A stretch of DNA of 64,000 bases from an uncultured archaeon (GTDB lineage: Archaea > Asgardarchaeota > Lokiarchaeia > Sigyniarchaeales > SOKP01), in assembly GCA_964447495.1 (NCBI GenBank), contig CAYUTF010000005.1:9509-73508 (forward strand), written 5' to 3'. The notes under the pieces were generated by a model. The model ran no database searches, was not told the DNA's origin, and worked only from the letters and a program-made list of their open reading frames with translations. A program made the position numbers and the translations under genes. Below are positions 1-11,095 of this stretch, piece by piece. The number at the start of each line of letters is the position of its first letter. Position 1 is the first letter of the stretch.

Positions 1-1
1 T

Positions 2-1747
2 TTGTTTTTTTCAATTGTTTCTGTTTCAATTGAATTCGTATTAGGTATAGGATTTGCACTGATATTAAATAAAAAATTTAAAGGAAGGGGTATAGCTCGT
101 GCAACATTATTAATCCCTTGGGCAATACCTACAGTAGCATCTGCCACAATCTTTCGTTATAAAATCTTTGCTCCTTTAGAAGATTATGGATTGATTAACA
201 GCTTCTTAGCCTTACTAAACATGAACCCAGTGCAATTTTTTGGATCTTATGGTGTAGCTGAGACAATATTTACGATTCCAATACTTTTCCCCTTCAGTCC
301 ATTCATGGGAGAAATAGAAATTTCTACAACAATGTTCACGGCAATTGTAATAGATGTCTGGAAGACGACTCCCTTTATAACATTATTAATTTTAGCGGCT
401 CTTCAGATTGTATCAAGAGATTTATACAAAGCTGGAGATGTAGCAGGTGCATCTGGATTGCAAAAATTCAGATATATTACATGGCCTTTAATTAAGCCTG
501 GTATAGGAATAGCCTTAGTTTTTCGAATGATGCAGGCTTTGAGGGTATATGATGCGATAGTTATATTTCAAGATCCAAGGGTAGCATCTATGACAGTTCA
601 AGCCTACAATGTATATACTAATTCTAAATATGGTTTAGCTTCTGCTATTGCAGTATTACTATTTGCCTTAATAATAATGTTTGCTGTTATTATATTTTAT
701 TTTACTCGAAGAAGAGAAAAAGGTGAAACTAAAGGTAATAAAGCAGAAGTTAGTAAAGTTTATGAAAAGTCAGATGATTTGCTTGGTACTGAAGAATATT
801 TAGAAGAAATAGGATTTCAAGAATCAAGAATTGAAGCTCCTTCAGAAAGGAAAATTATGTGGTACATAAGAAAGAGAAAATTAAAATCAATAATTTTTTA
901 TATAGCAGTTGGGTTTATGTGCTTGTTTTGTGCATTTCCTTTTGGGTGGGTTGTTTTACATTCATTCAGAGATCCATTCACTTATCCTACTTCTTTTGAA
1001 ATAATTCCTAAAATATTTTCTATCGAAGCATATGTGCTATTATTTCAAACTTCTCAATTTACAGGTGTTTCTTTTGGTATAGCATTGTTAAATAGTTTAA
1101 TATTAGCAGGACTTACAGTACTTTTAACAATTACCACTGGATCATTAATCGCTTATGCTATAGCAAAATTTGATTTTCCTGGAAAATCTACATTGAATTC
1201 CTTCATTTTTTCAATGAATAGTTTACCACCATTAATTATAATAATACCTTATTTTATACAAACAGCATTTCTATCAGCATTAATCCCATTCATTCAATTC
1301 CAAGACAACATTTTTGCATTAGTACTGCCATACTCTGCTTTCAATTTGCCACTAGCCGTTTTTGTTTTAGTTGCTTTTTTTAACGAGATTCCAGAAGAAT
1401 TAAGAAAAGCAGCTAAGGTAGACGGAGCTTCAAATTTCCAAATTTTCAGAAAAATCTTCTTACCTTTAACTGTTCCTGGAATTTTTACTTGTGGGATTTT
1501 AGTTTTTATTTCTTCTTGGAATGAATTGTTATTTGCACGCATTTTCATCACTACTGATATCAATCAAACGGTTCCTCAGGCAATAGTAAGGTTTGTTTTT
1601 AATGATTTATCTCAAACAGCACTTTGGGATACTACTGTTACCTTAATGGCTGCAACGTCGTTGGCTACAGTTCCTTTAATTATATTCGTATTAATATTTC
1701 AGAAAAAAATAGTGAGTGGATTAACTATGGGTGCAGTGAAAGGTTAA
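2..1747 (+). CDS. Carbohydrate ABC transporter permease, fused MalF-like + MalG-like domains (5'-partial)
   Basis: Two EAA-loop motifs (LYKAGDVAGASGLQKFRYITWPL; LRKAAKVDGASNFQIFRKIFLPL) joined by a charged linker; ends GLTMGAVKG like MalG; open at the window edge. Confidence 0.9.
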   Translation: MFFSIVSVSIEFVLGIGFALILNKKFKGRGIARATLLIPWAIPTVASATIFRYKIFAPLEDYGLINSFLALLNMNPVQFFGSYGVAETIFTIPILFPFSPFMGEIEISTTMFTAIVIDVWKTTPFITLLILAALQIVSRDLYKAGDVAGASGLQKFRYITWPLIKPGIGIALVFRMMQALRVYDAIVIFQDPRVASMTVQAYNVYTNSKYGLASAIAVLLFALIIMFAVIIFYFTRRREKGETKGNKAEVSKVYEKSDDLLGTEEYLEEIGFQESRIEAPSERKIMWYIRKRKLKSIIFYIAVGFMCLFCAFPFGWVVLHSFRDPFTYPTSFEIIPKIFSIEAYVLLFQTSQFTGVSFGIALLNSLILAGLTVLLTITTGSLIAYAIAKFDFPGKSTLNSFIFSMNSLPPLIIIIPYFIQTAFLSALIPFIQFQDNIFALVLPYSAFNLPLAVFVLVAFFNEIPEELRKAAKVDGASNFQIFRKIFLPLTVPGIFTCGILVFISSWNELLFARIFITTDINQTVPQAIVRFVFNDLSQTALWDTTVTLMAATSLATVPLIIFVLIFQKKIVSGLTMGAVKG

Positions 1748-1774
1748 GTTGTACGTTTAAAGAGGTAAAGAAAA

Positions 1775-2863
1775 ATGGTTGTAATTAGATTAAAAAATGT
1801 GAATAAACAATTTGGCGAAGATGTAGTTGTTCTAAAGGATATAAATTTAGAGATACTTGATAAAGAATTCCTTGTTCTTGTTGGTCCATCTGGGTGCGGT
1901 AAATCAACATGCCTAAACTTAATAGCAGGTTTAGAATATGTAACTTCAGGAAAGATCTATTTTGATAATGCTGACGTTACTTATCTACCTCCAAAAGAAC
2001 GTAAAATTGCTATGGTATTTCAGAGCTATGCGTTATATCCACATATGAATGTGAGAGAAAATATGGGCTTTTCTTTAAAACTTTCAAAAATGGATAAGAA
2101 AGAAATTAATAAAAGAGTTGAGGCTGCAGCGGAATTGTTGGGAATAAAACAATTATTGACTCGCAAACCTAGTGAATTAAGTGGAGGTCAACGGCAGAGA
2201 GTAGCTTTAGGAAGATCTATTGTTCGTAATCCGACAGTATTTCTCTTTGATGAACCATTGAGTAATTTAGATGCGAAGTTACGTATACAAATGAGAGGTG
2301 AGATAATTAAATTGCATAGAAAACTCAGGATTACACAGGTATATGTAACGCACGACCAAGTAGAAGCTATGTCTATGGCAGATCGTATAGCTATTTTATT
2401 TAATGGCCAATTTCAGCAGATAGGACCTCCTAAAGAAGTATATAATAAACCTGCAAATAAGTTTGTTGCAGGATTTATTGGATCACCAGCTATGAATTTC
2501 TGGGATGCACAAGTTAATGGTACTAAGGTTGTTTTTGGGAAACAAGAATATCCTCTTCCTCAAGATATAGTAGAAAAACTTAAAAGTAAAGGAGCAGACA
2601 ATATAGTTCTTGGAATCCGGCCTGAACATATAACTATTACCCCTAAAGTCCGCGATGAATCATATAAAGTTCATCTAACTGTAGTGGAGTTTCTTGGTGC
2701 TGAGACTATAGTCACATTTGAGTTTTCTGATGGAATAAATGGTATGGTGGCTGTGTCTGGTTTTTATCCCGCAAAAATGGGTGATAATGCTTACATTTCA
2801 CTTCCTTCTGAAAAAATACATATATTTGACAGGGAGACTGAAATAAATCTTATTTTATCATAA
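1775..2863 (+). CDS. Sugar ABC transporter ATP-binding subunit (MalK/UgpC family)
   Basis: Walker A GPSGCGKS, VFQSYALYPHM, LSGGQRQRVALGR, DEPLSNLDAKLR, C-terminal GIRPEH regulatory domain. Confidence 0.95.
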   Translation: MVVIRLKNVNKQFGEDVVVLKDINLEILDKEFLVLVGPSGCGKSTCLNLIAGLEYVTSGKIYFDNADVTYLPPKERKIAMVFQSYALYPHMNVRENMGFSLKLSKMDKKEINKRVEAAAELLGIKQLLTRKPSELSGGQRQRVALGRSIVRNPTVFLFDEPLSNLDAKLRIQMRGEIIKLHRKLRITQVYVTHDQVEAMSMADRIAILFNGQFQQIGPPKEVYNKPANKFVAGFIGSPAMNFWDAQVNGTKVVFGKQEYPLPQDIVEKLKSKGADNIVLGIRPEHITITPKVRDESYKVHLTVVEFLGAETIVTFEFSDGINGMVAVSGFYPAKMGDNAYISLPSEKIHIFDRETEINLILS

Positions 2864-2889
2864 AATTAAACAGATTAAAAGGAAATAGC

Positions 2890-3351
2890 ATGACTATTGC
2901 TGGCTTATATCAAAGAGCGAAAGAGAAAAGTACTTTGGCGGGAGTAATAATTACATATTTGATAGCGTTCATTTCATTTGTGATTTTTCCTTCTGGGATA
3001 ATATATTCTGGAGATATTCAAATGATTATCGGTTGCATAATAGGCACAAGATTTACTCTTAGAAATAATCATTCACATAGGCATTATATAACATATGGAA
3101 TTTTTGTAGGTTTAATAGGAGCAAGTTTAACTTGTATTTCATATACTACTCTTGTTTTTATAGTTTTATTGGAAAGTTTTTTCAATTCATTCGCAATATT
3201 AGTCATATTTGAACTTTATTTCATTGAAGCTATAATAGTTGGATTAACTGTCGGATTAATAATTGGAGGATATTATAATCATAAATACAAATCAATAACT
3301 AAAACATCAATTGAAGATGATCCTTTTTATCAAAGTCTATACGAGAAATAA
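2890..3351 (+). CDS. Hypothetical membrane protein (about 4 TM)
   Basis: 153-aa ORF with hydrophobic helices, co-oriented after the ABC genes. Confidence 0.7.
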   Translation: MTIAGLYQRAKEKSTLAGVIITYLIAFISFVIFPSGIIYSGDIQMIIGCIIGTRFTLRNNHSHRHYITYGIFVGLIGASLTCISYTTLVFIVLLESFFNSFAILVIFELYFIEAIIVGLTVGLIIGGYYNHKYKSITKTSIEDDPFYQSLYEK

Positions 3352-3410
3352 CAAACTTAGATAATAAAATATTAAAAAAAGAATTTATTTTAATATTTAC
3401 AACTAAAATC

Positions 3411-3434
3411 TTCGTGAAACCATCCTTTCACGAA
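3411..3434. promoter_or_regulatory. Perfect 9-bp inverted repeat (TTCGTGAAA-N6-TTTCACGAA), candidate operator or hairpin
   Basis: Read directly in the intergenic sequence; function inferred. Confidence 0.4.
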
Positions 3435-3612
3435 TGAACATATACCTTAGAGTAATATCGAGGTATAAATTGGGATATTATAATTTACAGATTTGTCAAG
3501 ATCAGTAATTCAACTTAACTTAGATAAATTTAAAAAATTCTAGACTATTATTTTAAAAAATTTGATTAACTTATTTTGTTAATTTTGAATTTACGTATGT
3601 TGGTTATTAAGA

Positions 3613-5019
3613 ATGAGTGAAAAAACACCTAAAGAAAAGTTTTTAATCGATGATGAGAGTATAGAAGAAGAGATAATTACTCAGGAAGAACAAGAAGAGG
3701 AAGATGAGATAAAGCTTTCAGAAGAAGATATCCAAGAACGTATAAAGAAAAGCAAAGAAATAAAAGAAAACAAAAAAAAAGAAAAAGCAAAACAAGAAGA
3801 ATTTGCTGAATCCTTTAAAAATGAGTTAGAACAGAAAATCGTTAAAATATTAAAAAAGGGGAAAGTAGAATCTAAATATTCGCTAACCCATCTTTTGATT
3901 AAAGAGGGAATCCAAAATTACAACTTCAGAATAAATCTTATTGAAAATAAACTAACTCCTGAAATTCCATATATTGGGAATGTGTTAAAACAATTAAGAT
4001 TCGCCCATAAAATATTCTTCGCAGTAAATAATGGAGCCCATGTATATTATACTGATATAAAACAAAAACTTCTTAAAGTAAAGGAGCAAGATATTGAGTT
4101 TGACTGGAAATCTTATAATATTCCCAAGGGAAATAATGAAATCTATTTAATTCTAAAAGTGCCGGGAAAGAATGTTAATACGCACCATCTCCTCTCTAGC
4201 TGTTATCCCGAAGCGTCTTTATCTAATTTTTATTTAAAAGTAGACAAGAAATACGAGACTACATTCGGGTTTACGATATACAGCAACTTAAGCGGTTATT
4301 TTGATGATGATAAACTAATCTTGGTATGTAGAACGAGTGATGAAAATCGAGCAAAAACCTTGTTTAAAATAATTCAAATTGGAAGAAAAATAATAATAGA
4401 GCTATTAAAACTTAATTTAAGATATTCTGAAGCATTGACAATAATTAATCAGAAAAATTCTTTATTTATTCCAGTCTTGCCAGTGTTTAGAGCCATCGAA
4501 CGTGAGGCATTTTATTCCTCTAAATTCACCAATGCAATAAGGTCTATTTATGATTTTCCCAAAGAATTTGATAAAAAAATTATCTATGGTAAATATTCAG
4601 CTATTTCAAAGGAAGACGACGATAAAGATTTTGACATCAAAGATTTCTATGACTTTTTTTATAAGACATGTCAATTTCAAACTAAATCATTTATATCGAA
4701 TGCAATTTTAAAAGACTGGATAATTAATCCGAATAAGTCATTAAATTATATCGAAAAAGATGATGAATTAAAACATTTAATCGATGAGTATTTACAGGAG
4801 ATTGATATTGATAGGATTATTCAAGAAAAAGTAGAAAATTCCATGGAAAAAGGAGAATTTATTAAAGATATCACCACTAATCTATTATTAACCTTGTTAG
4901 GGCTCTCTATAATTGCTGACTGGGCACCATTTCAATGGGGACTTATCGTAGTTTTCATAATCATAAACGTATATTACTTCTATATTAAAACAAGAAAAAA
5001 GAAGAAGATAATTTATTAA
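3613..5019 (+). CDS. Hypothetical protein with acidic/coiled N-terminus and two C-terminal TM helices
   Basis: 468-aa ORF; E/K-rich N-terminus; hydrophobic hairpin followed by a basic tail. Confidence 0.75.
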   Translation: MSEKTPKEKFLIDDESIEEEIITQEEQEEEDEIKLSEEDIQERIKKSKEIKENKKKEKAKQEEFAESFKNELEQKIVKILKKGKVESKYSLTHLLIKEGIQNYNFRINLIENKLTPEIPYIGNVLKQLRFAHKIFFAVNNGAHVYYTDIKQKLLKVKEQDIEFDWKSYNIPKGNNEIYLILKVPGKNVNTHHLLSSCYPEASLSNFYLKVDKKYETTFGFTIYSNLSGYFDDDKLILVCRTSDENRAKTLFKIIQIGRKIIIELLKLNLRYSEALTIINQKNSLFIPVLPVFRAIEREAFYSSKFTNAIRSIYDFPKEFDKKIIYGKYSAISKEDDDKDFDIKDFYDFFYKTCQFQTKSFISNAILKDWIINPNKSLNYIEKDDELKHLIDEYLQEIDIDRIIQEKVENSMEKGEFIKDITTNLLLTLLGLSIIADWAPFQWGLIVVFIIINVYYFYIKTRKKKKIIY

Positions 5020-5067
5020 TTTTCACTATAATATTCTTATTTTCAAATTCCTTTTTTTTATTAAAAC

Positions 5068-6276
5068 TTGAATGAATTTAAAATGACTAATTTAAATAGT
5101 TTTGAAGTTAAAAACTCAAAATTAATCCAAGTCATAATTTATCTCTTATTTTGGCTAGGTCCACTTACCGGAAACGTTATATTGGTGTTATTTAGGACCC
5201 TCTCTATAGAGTTTAGTGTTTCTCCTGACGCAATTTTAATTGCAATTCCTTCATTCATGTTTCCATTCGCATTTGTACAACTATTCTCCGGAGCAATCTC
5301 TGATGTCAAAGGACGTGGATCTATTATATTATTAGGGCTGTTAATATTTGGATTAGGTATGATCGTTGCTGTATGTTCTTTTTCATTAGCTTCTTATGCA
5401 ATCGCAAATATTTTGGGAGGAATAGGATTTGGTTTTGTGAATCCTGTGCTGGTTGCGTTATTGACAGACATGACTCCTAAACCAAATATTCCAAAGAAGT
5501 TAGGCTTTTTAGTTGCTGTTGCTAATCTAGGGGTTGGGTTAGGACCGATCATCGCAGGTCAAGTTGTATTACTCAATTGGAGATATCTATATATCCTCTT
5601 TATAGTTATAACAACTATAGGTTTTGGATTTATATATTTTCTAAAGCAGCCTGTGACTGAAAAGAGACATGGGAAAAATTTCTCTTCATTTTTTCATCAA
5701 TTATGCCATGAATTATGTAGAATTGTAGTTATTTTGATGATTTTTTCTGCTATTCTGGCAACTCAGACTTATCTCGCAGTTATTACTTGGACTTCAAGAG
5801 CATTCTCTGGTTTTGTTCCTGAAAACCTTTCTGGTATTATTATTGGATTTGCGGGAATATTCGGAGCGATTTCTAGCGTAGTAATCGGATTTTTAATAAA
5901 AAAATATGGAGTATTGAGTGCAATTCTTTTGGGAATTTTATCTTTATTCGTTGCGTTAATCTTATTGTTATCTTTAGGGGATATTACTAAAAATGAAGCC
6001 TTATTATTTGTTTCAATAGCGTTTATGCTATTGGGGACATCAGGTGGAAGCTTAATCTCCACCGTAATGTATTATAGCCAAATATTATCACAAGAGAGTC
6101 GAGGAACATTAGCAGGATTGGTAACATTTGGCCAGTTCATAGGAACAGCGCTTATACCTATAACTTATGATTATCTTTTTCATTCGGGAGGTATACAAGC
6201 TGTTTATTATTCAGTTATGATAATCTCAATACTATTTGTTGGAGTTTTAGGTTTATTATATAAATTAACACGATAA
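5068..6276 (+). CDS. MFS transporter (drug:H+ antiporter-like)
   Basis: About 12 TM helices; motif A GAISDVKGRG; motif C-like LGPIIAG. Confidence 0.88.
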   Translation: MNEFKMTNLNSFEVKNSKLIQVIIYLLFWLGPLTGNVILVLFRTLSIEFSVSPDAILIAIPSFMFPFAFVQLFSGAISDVKGRGSIILLGLLIFGLGMIVAVCSFSLASYAIANILGGIGFGFVNPVLVALLTDMTPKPNIPKKLGFLVAVANLGVGLGPIIAGQVVLLNWRYLYILFIVITTIGFGFIYFLKQPVTEKRHGKNFSSFFHQLCHELCRIVVILMIFSAILATQTYLAVITWTSRAFSGFVPENLSGIIIGFAGIFGAISSVVIGFLIKKYGVLSAILLGILSLFVALILLLSLGDITKNEALLFVSIAFMLLGTSGGSLISTVMYYSQILSQESRGTLAGLVTFGQFIGTALIPITYDYLFHSGGIQAVYYSVMIISILFVGVLGLLYKLTR

Positions 6277-6296
6277 ATGTATCTTGTTTTCTTTTA

Positions 6297-6734
6297 TTAT
6301 TTAGGATTAAATGGGCCAAGTTCTTTAATGTGATTTGTAAATTCAGTTATTATTTCTGCAAAACGTTTTCCTTCAGAAGCACTAACCCATTCTAATCGAA
6401 TTCTCTTAGGATCTATTCCAAGTTGTTTAATTATAATATTATGCAATCTGTTAAATCTTTCTTGTGCATACTCATTCCCAGAAATGTAATGACAATCGCC
6501 AATATGGCACCCACTTATTAAAACACCATCTGCCCCATCATTCAAAGCTTTCAATACAAAAGATGGGTCGACTCTACCCGAACACATTACTCGAATTATG
6601 CGAATATTAGGAGGATATTGAAATCGTGAAACCCCGGCTAAATCTGCTCCTGCATAGGAACACCAATTACAGCAAAATACCAAAATTTGGGGCTCAAATT
6701 TAGTTGCTTTTGATTTTCCTTTTGTTTTTGACAT
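6297..6734 (-). CDS. mvhD: Hydrogenase iron-sulfur subunit MvhD (Cys form)
   Basis: [40 protein letters not shown]; ATG overlaps the hdrA2 stop (TGATG). Confidence 0.95.
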   Translation of the reverse strand: MSKTKGKSKATKFEPQILVFCCNWCSYAGADLAGVSRFQYPPNIRIIRVMCSGRVDPSFVLKALNDGADGVLISGCHIGDCHYISGNEYAQERFNRLHNIIIKQLGIDPKRIRLEWVSASEGKRFAEIITEFTNHIKELGPFNPK

Positions 6735-9700
6735 CAATCACCCTCCATAGGTGTTTTAACTAATAAATAAGAATCGATCATGGCTCCGATCTGGTTGAAA
6801 TCGTAATGCTTTACAGAAATAGCGTTTATAGGGCAAGTTGCGGCACAAGTTCCGCACCCCTTGCATAGAGCAGAGTTAATATGAGATTTTGTGATTATAA
6901 TAGTGATTTCTTCGAACTCCTTAGTTGCATCTATAAGATCTATTGCATTATATGCACATACATCTTTACATTTTCCACAGCCAATACACTTTTCAGAGTC
7001 AACTTCAGCTACAAGTCCAGAAGTCTTAATCTCACCCGCACTTAAGAATCGGCTTGCTCTCCCTGCAGCTCCGTTTGCTTGAGAAATAGAATCTTGAATA
7101 TTTTTTGGCCATTGGGCACATCCGCATAAAAAGATGCCATCCGTGGCAAAATCAAGAGGTCTTAATTTCACATGAGCTTCAAGGAAGAATCCAGTTCTAT
7201 CTAATGGAACTTTAAGCATTTTAGCTAATTCTTCAAGATTATCCGCAGGGATCATCGGGGTCGATAATATGATAAGGTCAGTTTCAAAATCAATGTCTTC
7301 TTGTAAATTAGTATCAAAGACATTTACTTTGAATTTTTCTTGTGATTTTCCTTGTGAAATTTTTGAGATTTCAGGGGGTTTATCTAAACTATAGCGCAGA
7401 AAAATCGCATCCTTTCTTCGTTCACGATAATAATCTTCAAATTCCTTTTTGGCCATTTGAAGATCGCGATAAAGAATAAGAATTTCAAGATCGGGCTTTA
7501 ACTCCTTTAGTATACCTATATTTTTAATGGATACAGCACAACACACATTTGAACAATACGTAATACCTTCTTTTTGACGCGCATTTACACATAAGATAGT
7601 AGTAACCCTTTTGATTTTTTCAAGCCACGTGATATCTCCGCTTTTCAAGCGTTCTTCTAATTCTAATTGGGTAATCACATTCTTATTTTTTCGATCATAT
7701 TGAAATAATCCATCTGGTTTGTATTCATTTGCTCCTGTAGCGACAATAATGGTCCCAACTTTCAATTCTTTGCTCTTCTTCTTAGAATTTTTAATCGTAA
7801 TGTCATAGTTGCCTATGTATCCTTTAATATTTTCAATTGTGGTTGAGAGATGAATCTCGATGTTTTTATGGTTTTTTACCTTATCTATAATCTCATTAAG
7901 ATAATTTGATGCATCTTCTTGGATGGGATATAAAATATTAAGATTGTTAAGATTTCCTCCCAAAATTTTCTCTTTTTCGATTAAATATATTTTAAATCCT
8001 TGATCTGCGATATTTAACGCAGCGGTCATTCCCGAGACACCCCCTCCTATAATAAAAGCACTCTGAATCATTTTTAAGGTCTCTTCTTTTTGCGGTCTAA
8101 TGAGTTTCGCTTTAGAAACTGCCATTCGTATAAGATCTTTTGCTTTCTCAGTTGCCGCCTCAAGTTCGTTCATATGCACCCAAGAACATTGATCGCGTAT
8201 ATTAACCATCTCGAACAAATACTTGTTCAATCCCGCTTCCAGACAAGTTTCTTGAAAAAGGCTTTCATGGGTTCGTGGAGTACAAGAAGCTACAATAAAT
8301 CGATTTAAATCCATTTCTTGGATAACCTCCTTGATTCGTTCTTGCGAATCACTAGAACAAGAATAAAGATTTGCTTCACAATGAACTACATTTGGTAGTT
8401 CCTTTATGTATTCTACAACTTCGGGGACATTAACATATTTCCCTATATTAATACCACAATGGCATACCAATACTCCGATTCGTGGCTCATCAGTAAGTTC
8501 TACTTTCTTTTCGGGTACTTTTATTTCTTTTTCCTTAGTCTCGGTAAACTTTTCCTCGTTTAAAAGGGAAGCAACTTTAGCAGCCACACCACTCGCGTCT
8601 GCAACTGTTTCCGGGATGTCCATTGGACCTTGACAGAATCCACAAAGGAAAACACCTTCTTTAGAGGATTCTGATTTTGAAAAATAAGATTTTTCTTTAA
8701 AAAAATTATAATCATCTAATTTAATGTTAAGAATATTAGCCAGCTCTTTGGTGCCATTCGAAGGAATAAGAGGAGAAGCCAGAACAACTAAATTTGCTCG
8801 AAAATCGGCAAATCCTCCATTTTTCAAGTCTTCATAATGGATGATCAAATCATTGGTCTCGGGATCTTCTTCTATCGTACTGATTTTGGTCTGAAAGTAA
8901 GTCACTCCATATTCGTCTTGAGCACGTTGGGTAAATTCATAGAAATTTTTACCATAAGCCCGAATATCGTGACGAAAAACAAAGCATTGAGTACTTTCAG
9001 AATGTTCTGAAGTAATAATCGCTTCTTTTGCCGTGTACATACAACAAACACTAGAACAATAAGGAACCCCTTCATGCAAATCTCGGGATCCAGCACATTG
9101 AATAAAAGCAATTTTTCCAGGCTCTTCGTGGTCACTTGGTCGAAGAACATGCCCTCCAAAGGGTCCAGAAGCGCATAAAATCCGCTCATATTCTAACGCA
9201 CTCACAACATTTGGAAAATGGTATCCCCATCGAGCAGATAATTCTTCTGCTTTTACATCGAATCCTGTCGCAACCACAACTGCTCCAACTTGTAGTTTAA
9301 TATCTTTTGGCTCTTGTTCATAATCTATAGCTTCTGCTTTGCAGACTTTCTCACATACTCCACACACGCCTTTAGTTATTTTTAAACATAATTCGGGATC
9401 AATTAAATAAACCGGAGGGACGGCTTGAGGAAATGGAATATAGATAGACTTTCTCTTGCCCAAATTCATATCAAAAAGATTTGGAACCTCGATTTTTGGA
9501 CATTTTGACGCACAATCTCCGCATCCTTTACATTTTGTCTCATCAATATACCTAGGTTTCTTCGTGACAGTTACATTGAAGTCTCCTCCCTTTCCCTCTA
9601 ATTTTTTAACTTCGCTATAGGTTAATAATTCAATATTGGGGTTTCGAAAGACCTCGACCATTTTTGGAGCGAGGATACATAAAGAGCAATCGTTTGTTGG

Positions 9701-9844
9701 AAAGGTTTTATCAAGCTGAGCCATCCTTCCCCCAATAGAAGGTGTTCTCTCTACAAGATATACTTTAAATCCTAATTCCGTTAAATCAAGAGATGTTTGA
9801 ATTCCAGCTATCCCACCACCAATCACCAGAACTGAACCTTGCAT
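6734..9844 (-). CDS. hdrA: Heterodisulfide reductase subunit A-like, double-FAD-module form (all Cys)
   Basis: GGGIAG FAD motif, [12 protein letters not shown], ferredoxin insert, CSSVCC; then the HdrA N-domain ([16 protein letters not shown]), a second GGGVSG FAD module and a C-terminal 2x[4Fe-4S]. Confidence 0.93.
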   Translation of the reverse strand: MQGSVLVIGGGIAGIQTSLDLTELGFKVYLVERTPSIGGRMAQLDKTFPTNDCSLCILAPKMVEVFRNPNIELLTYSEVKKLEGKGGDFNVTVTKKPRYIDETKCKGCGDCASKCPKIEVPNLFDMNLGKRKSIYIPFPQAVPPVYLIDPELCLKITKGVCGVCEKVCKAEAIDYEQEPKDIKLQVGAVVVATGFDVKAEELSARWGYHFPNVVSALEYERILCASGPFGGHVLRPSDHEEPGKIAFIQCAGSRDLHEGVPYCSSVCCMYTAKEAIITSEHSESTQCFVFRHDIRAYGKNFYEFTQRAQDEYGVTYFQTKISTIEEDPETNDLIIHYEDLKNGGFADFRANLVVLASPLIPSNGTKELANILNIKLDDYNFFKEKSYFSKSESSKEGVFLCGFCQGPMDIPETVADASGVAAKVASLLNEEKFTETKEKEIKVPEKKVELTDEPRIGVLVCHCGINIGKYVNVPEVVEYIKELPNVVHCEANLYSCSSDSQERIKEVIQEMDLNRFIVASCTPRTHESLFQETCLEAGLNKYLFEMVNIRDQCSWVHMNELEAATEKAKDLIRMAVSKAKLIRPQKEETLKMIQSAFIIGGGVSGMTAALNIADQGFKIYLIEKEKILGGNLNNLNILYPIQEDASNYLNEIIDKVKNHKNIEIHLSTTIENIKGYIGNYDITIKNSKKKSKELKVGTIIVATGANEYKPDGLFQYDRKNKNVITQLELEERLKSGDITWLEKIKRVTTILCVNARQKEGITYCSNVCCAVSIKNIGILKELKPDLEILILYRDLQMAKKEFEDYYRERRKDAIFLRYSLDKPPEISKISQGKSQEKFKVNVFDTNLQEDIDFETDLIILSTPMIPADNLEELAKMLKVPLDRTGFFLEAHVKLRPLDFATDGIFLCGCAQWPKNIQDSISQANGAAGRASRFLSAGEIKTSGLVAEVDSEKCIGCGKCKDVCAYNAIDLIDATKEFEEITIIITKSHINSALCKGCGTCAATCPINAISVKHYDFNQIGAMIDSYLLVKTPMEGD

Positions 9845-9848
9845 TCTT

Positions 9849-11090
9849 TTATGCCTCCTTCTTTTTTATTTTTACAAAATTCATAATAAATTCTGTAAAA
9901 TCTAATATATCTAAATGAGCAATGTCCTCATAATCGTTTTGAAGACATCTGAAATGCATAATGCACTTTGGACAGCTAGTCACCATCATCTGACCCGCTT
10001 CTTTTGCTTCTAATAATCGTTTATATCTTAACGCTTTGGATCGTTCATTACATCCAATCCAACTCCCAATCCCACAACATAAGGAGTCTTCCTTATGATG
10101 GACCATTTCCTTGAATTGAGGCCCAGATTTATTCAAATGGTAAAAGATTTCCCGTACTTTTTCCATCATATTATTCTCTTTAGGAAGAAATCTACTCATT
10201 CGGCAAGGATCGTGAAATGAATAATTAATATCTTCCTTAATATCCTTACTAGGTTCAAATTCGATAATACCATCTTTCCACTTTTCATATATATATTCAA
10301 TAATGTGTTTTACTTCGAATCTTTCTCCAAAATCCTTAAAATATTTGGGATAATCTATTTTGAACGTACGATAGCCTTCAGAACAGGTAGTAATAATGGT
10401 TTTTGCTCCTGCTCGTTCGAAATTTCGTATATTTTTCTCTGCAAGTCTAAGAAAGGCTTCGAGGTTGCCATGACCCCAATATAAATCATGACCACAGCAA
10501 TATTCATCCTTAAGAACAACAATCGGTTCGGATTCAGTCTTGTTTAATAATTTAACCGTATTGATCGCAATAGGGTCAAGATCATCAAATTCAAATTTAA
10601 AATATGGAAGACAACCTACATGATAGAGAACTTCTCCTTGTTCTGCTATCTTGCATCCTTTTGGAATCCAGTCAAGATTTCTTTCTGGTTGCACTTGAGG
10701 TTTACTCATCAGTTCTGAAATCGATAAATAGATGCCCTTATGAGCAGTATAGTTGTCAGGATCGAATTCATAAGCTTGAACCATTTTATGGCGCGCCACT
10801 CGAACGATATTCGCGAAGTTTATATCTTCGGGGCACTTCTGAAGGCAGCTATTACACATTAGACAATCCCATAGCACTCCTGATTGAAGGACTTGATCCT
10901 CAAACCCTTCTAAAATTCTCTGAATAATACGACTTGGGGTGAATTTTTGTACTTTGCTTAGCTGGCAGACCCCAGAACATCGAGCACATTGATAGCATTG
11001 CTTCAGTAATGATCTCAATGAAAGAGTAGTTGAATCCTCTACCAATTTTTTATTCAATTTTAAGTCTGGTTCTTTTTTAACCTCAGTCAT
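9849..11090 (-). CDS. HdrD/HdrCB-like Fe-S oxidoreductase (4Fe-4S dicluster + two CCG domains)
   Basis: CYQCARCSGVC, CLMCNSCLQKCP, CCGH, HDPC, CCG, TSCPKC. Confidence 0.9.
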   Translation of the reverse strand: MTEVKKEPDLKLNKKLVEDSTTLSLRSLLKQCYQCARCSGVCQLSKVQKFTPSRIIQRILEGFEDQVLQSGVLWDCLMCNSCLQKCPEDINFANIVRVARHKMVQAYEFDPDNYTAHKGIYLSISELMSKPQVQPERNLDWIPKGCKIAEQGEVLYHVGCLPYFKFEFDDLDPIAINTVKLLNKTESEPIVVLKDEYCCGHDLYWGHGNLEAFLRLAEKNIRNFERAGAKTIITTCSEGYRTFKIDYPKYFKDFGERFEVKHIIEYIYEKWKDGIIEFEPSKDIKEDINYSFHDPCRMSRFLPKENNMMEKVREIFYHLNKSGPQFKEMVHHKEDSLCCGIGSWIGCNERSKALRYKRLLEAKEAGQMMVTSCPKCIMHFRCLQNDYEDIAHLDILDFTEFIMNFVKIKKKEA

Positions 11091-11095
11091 GATGA

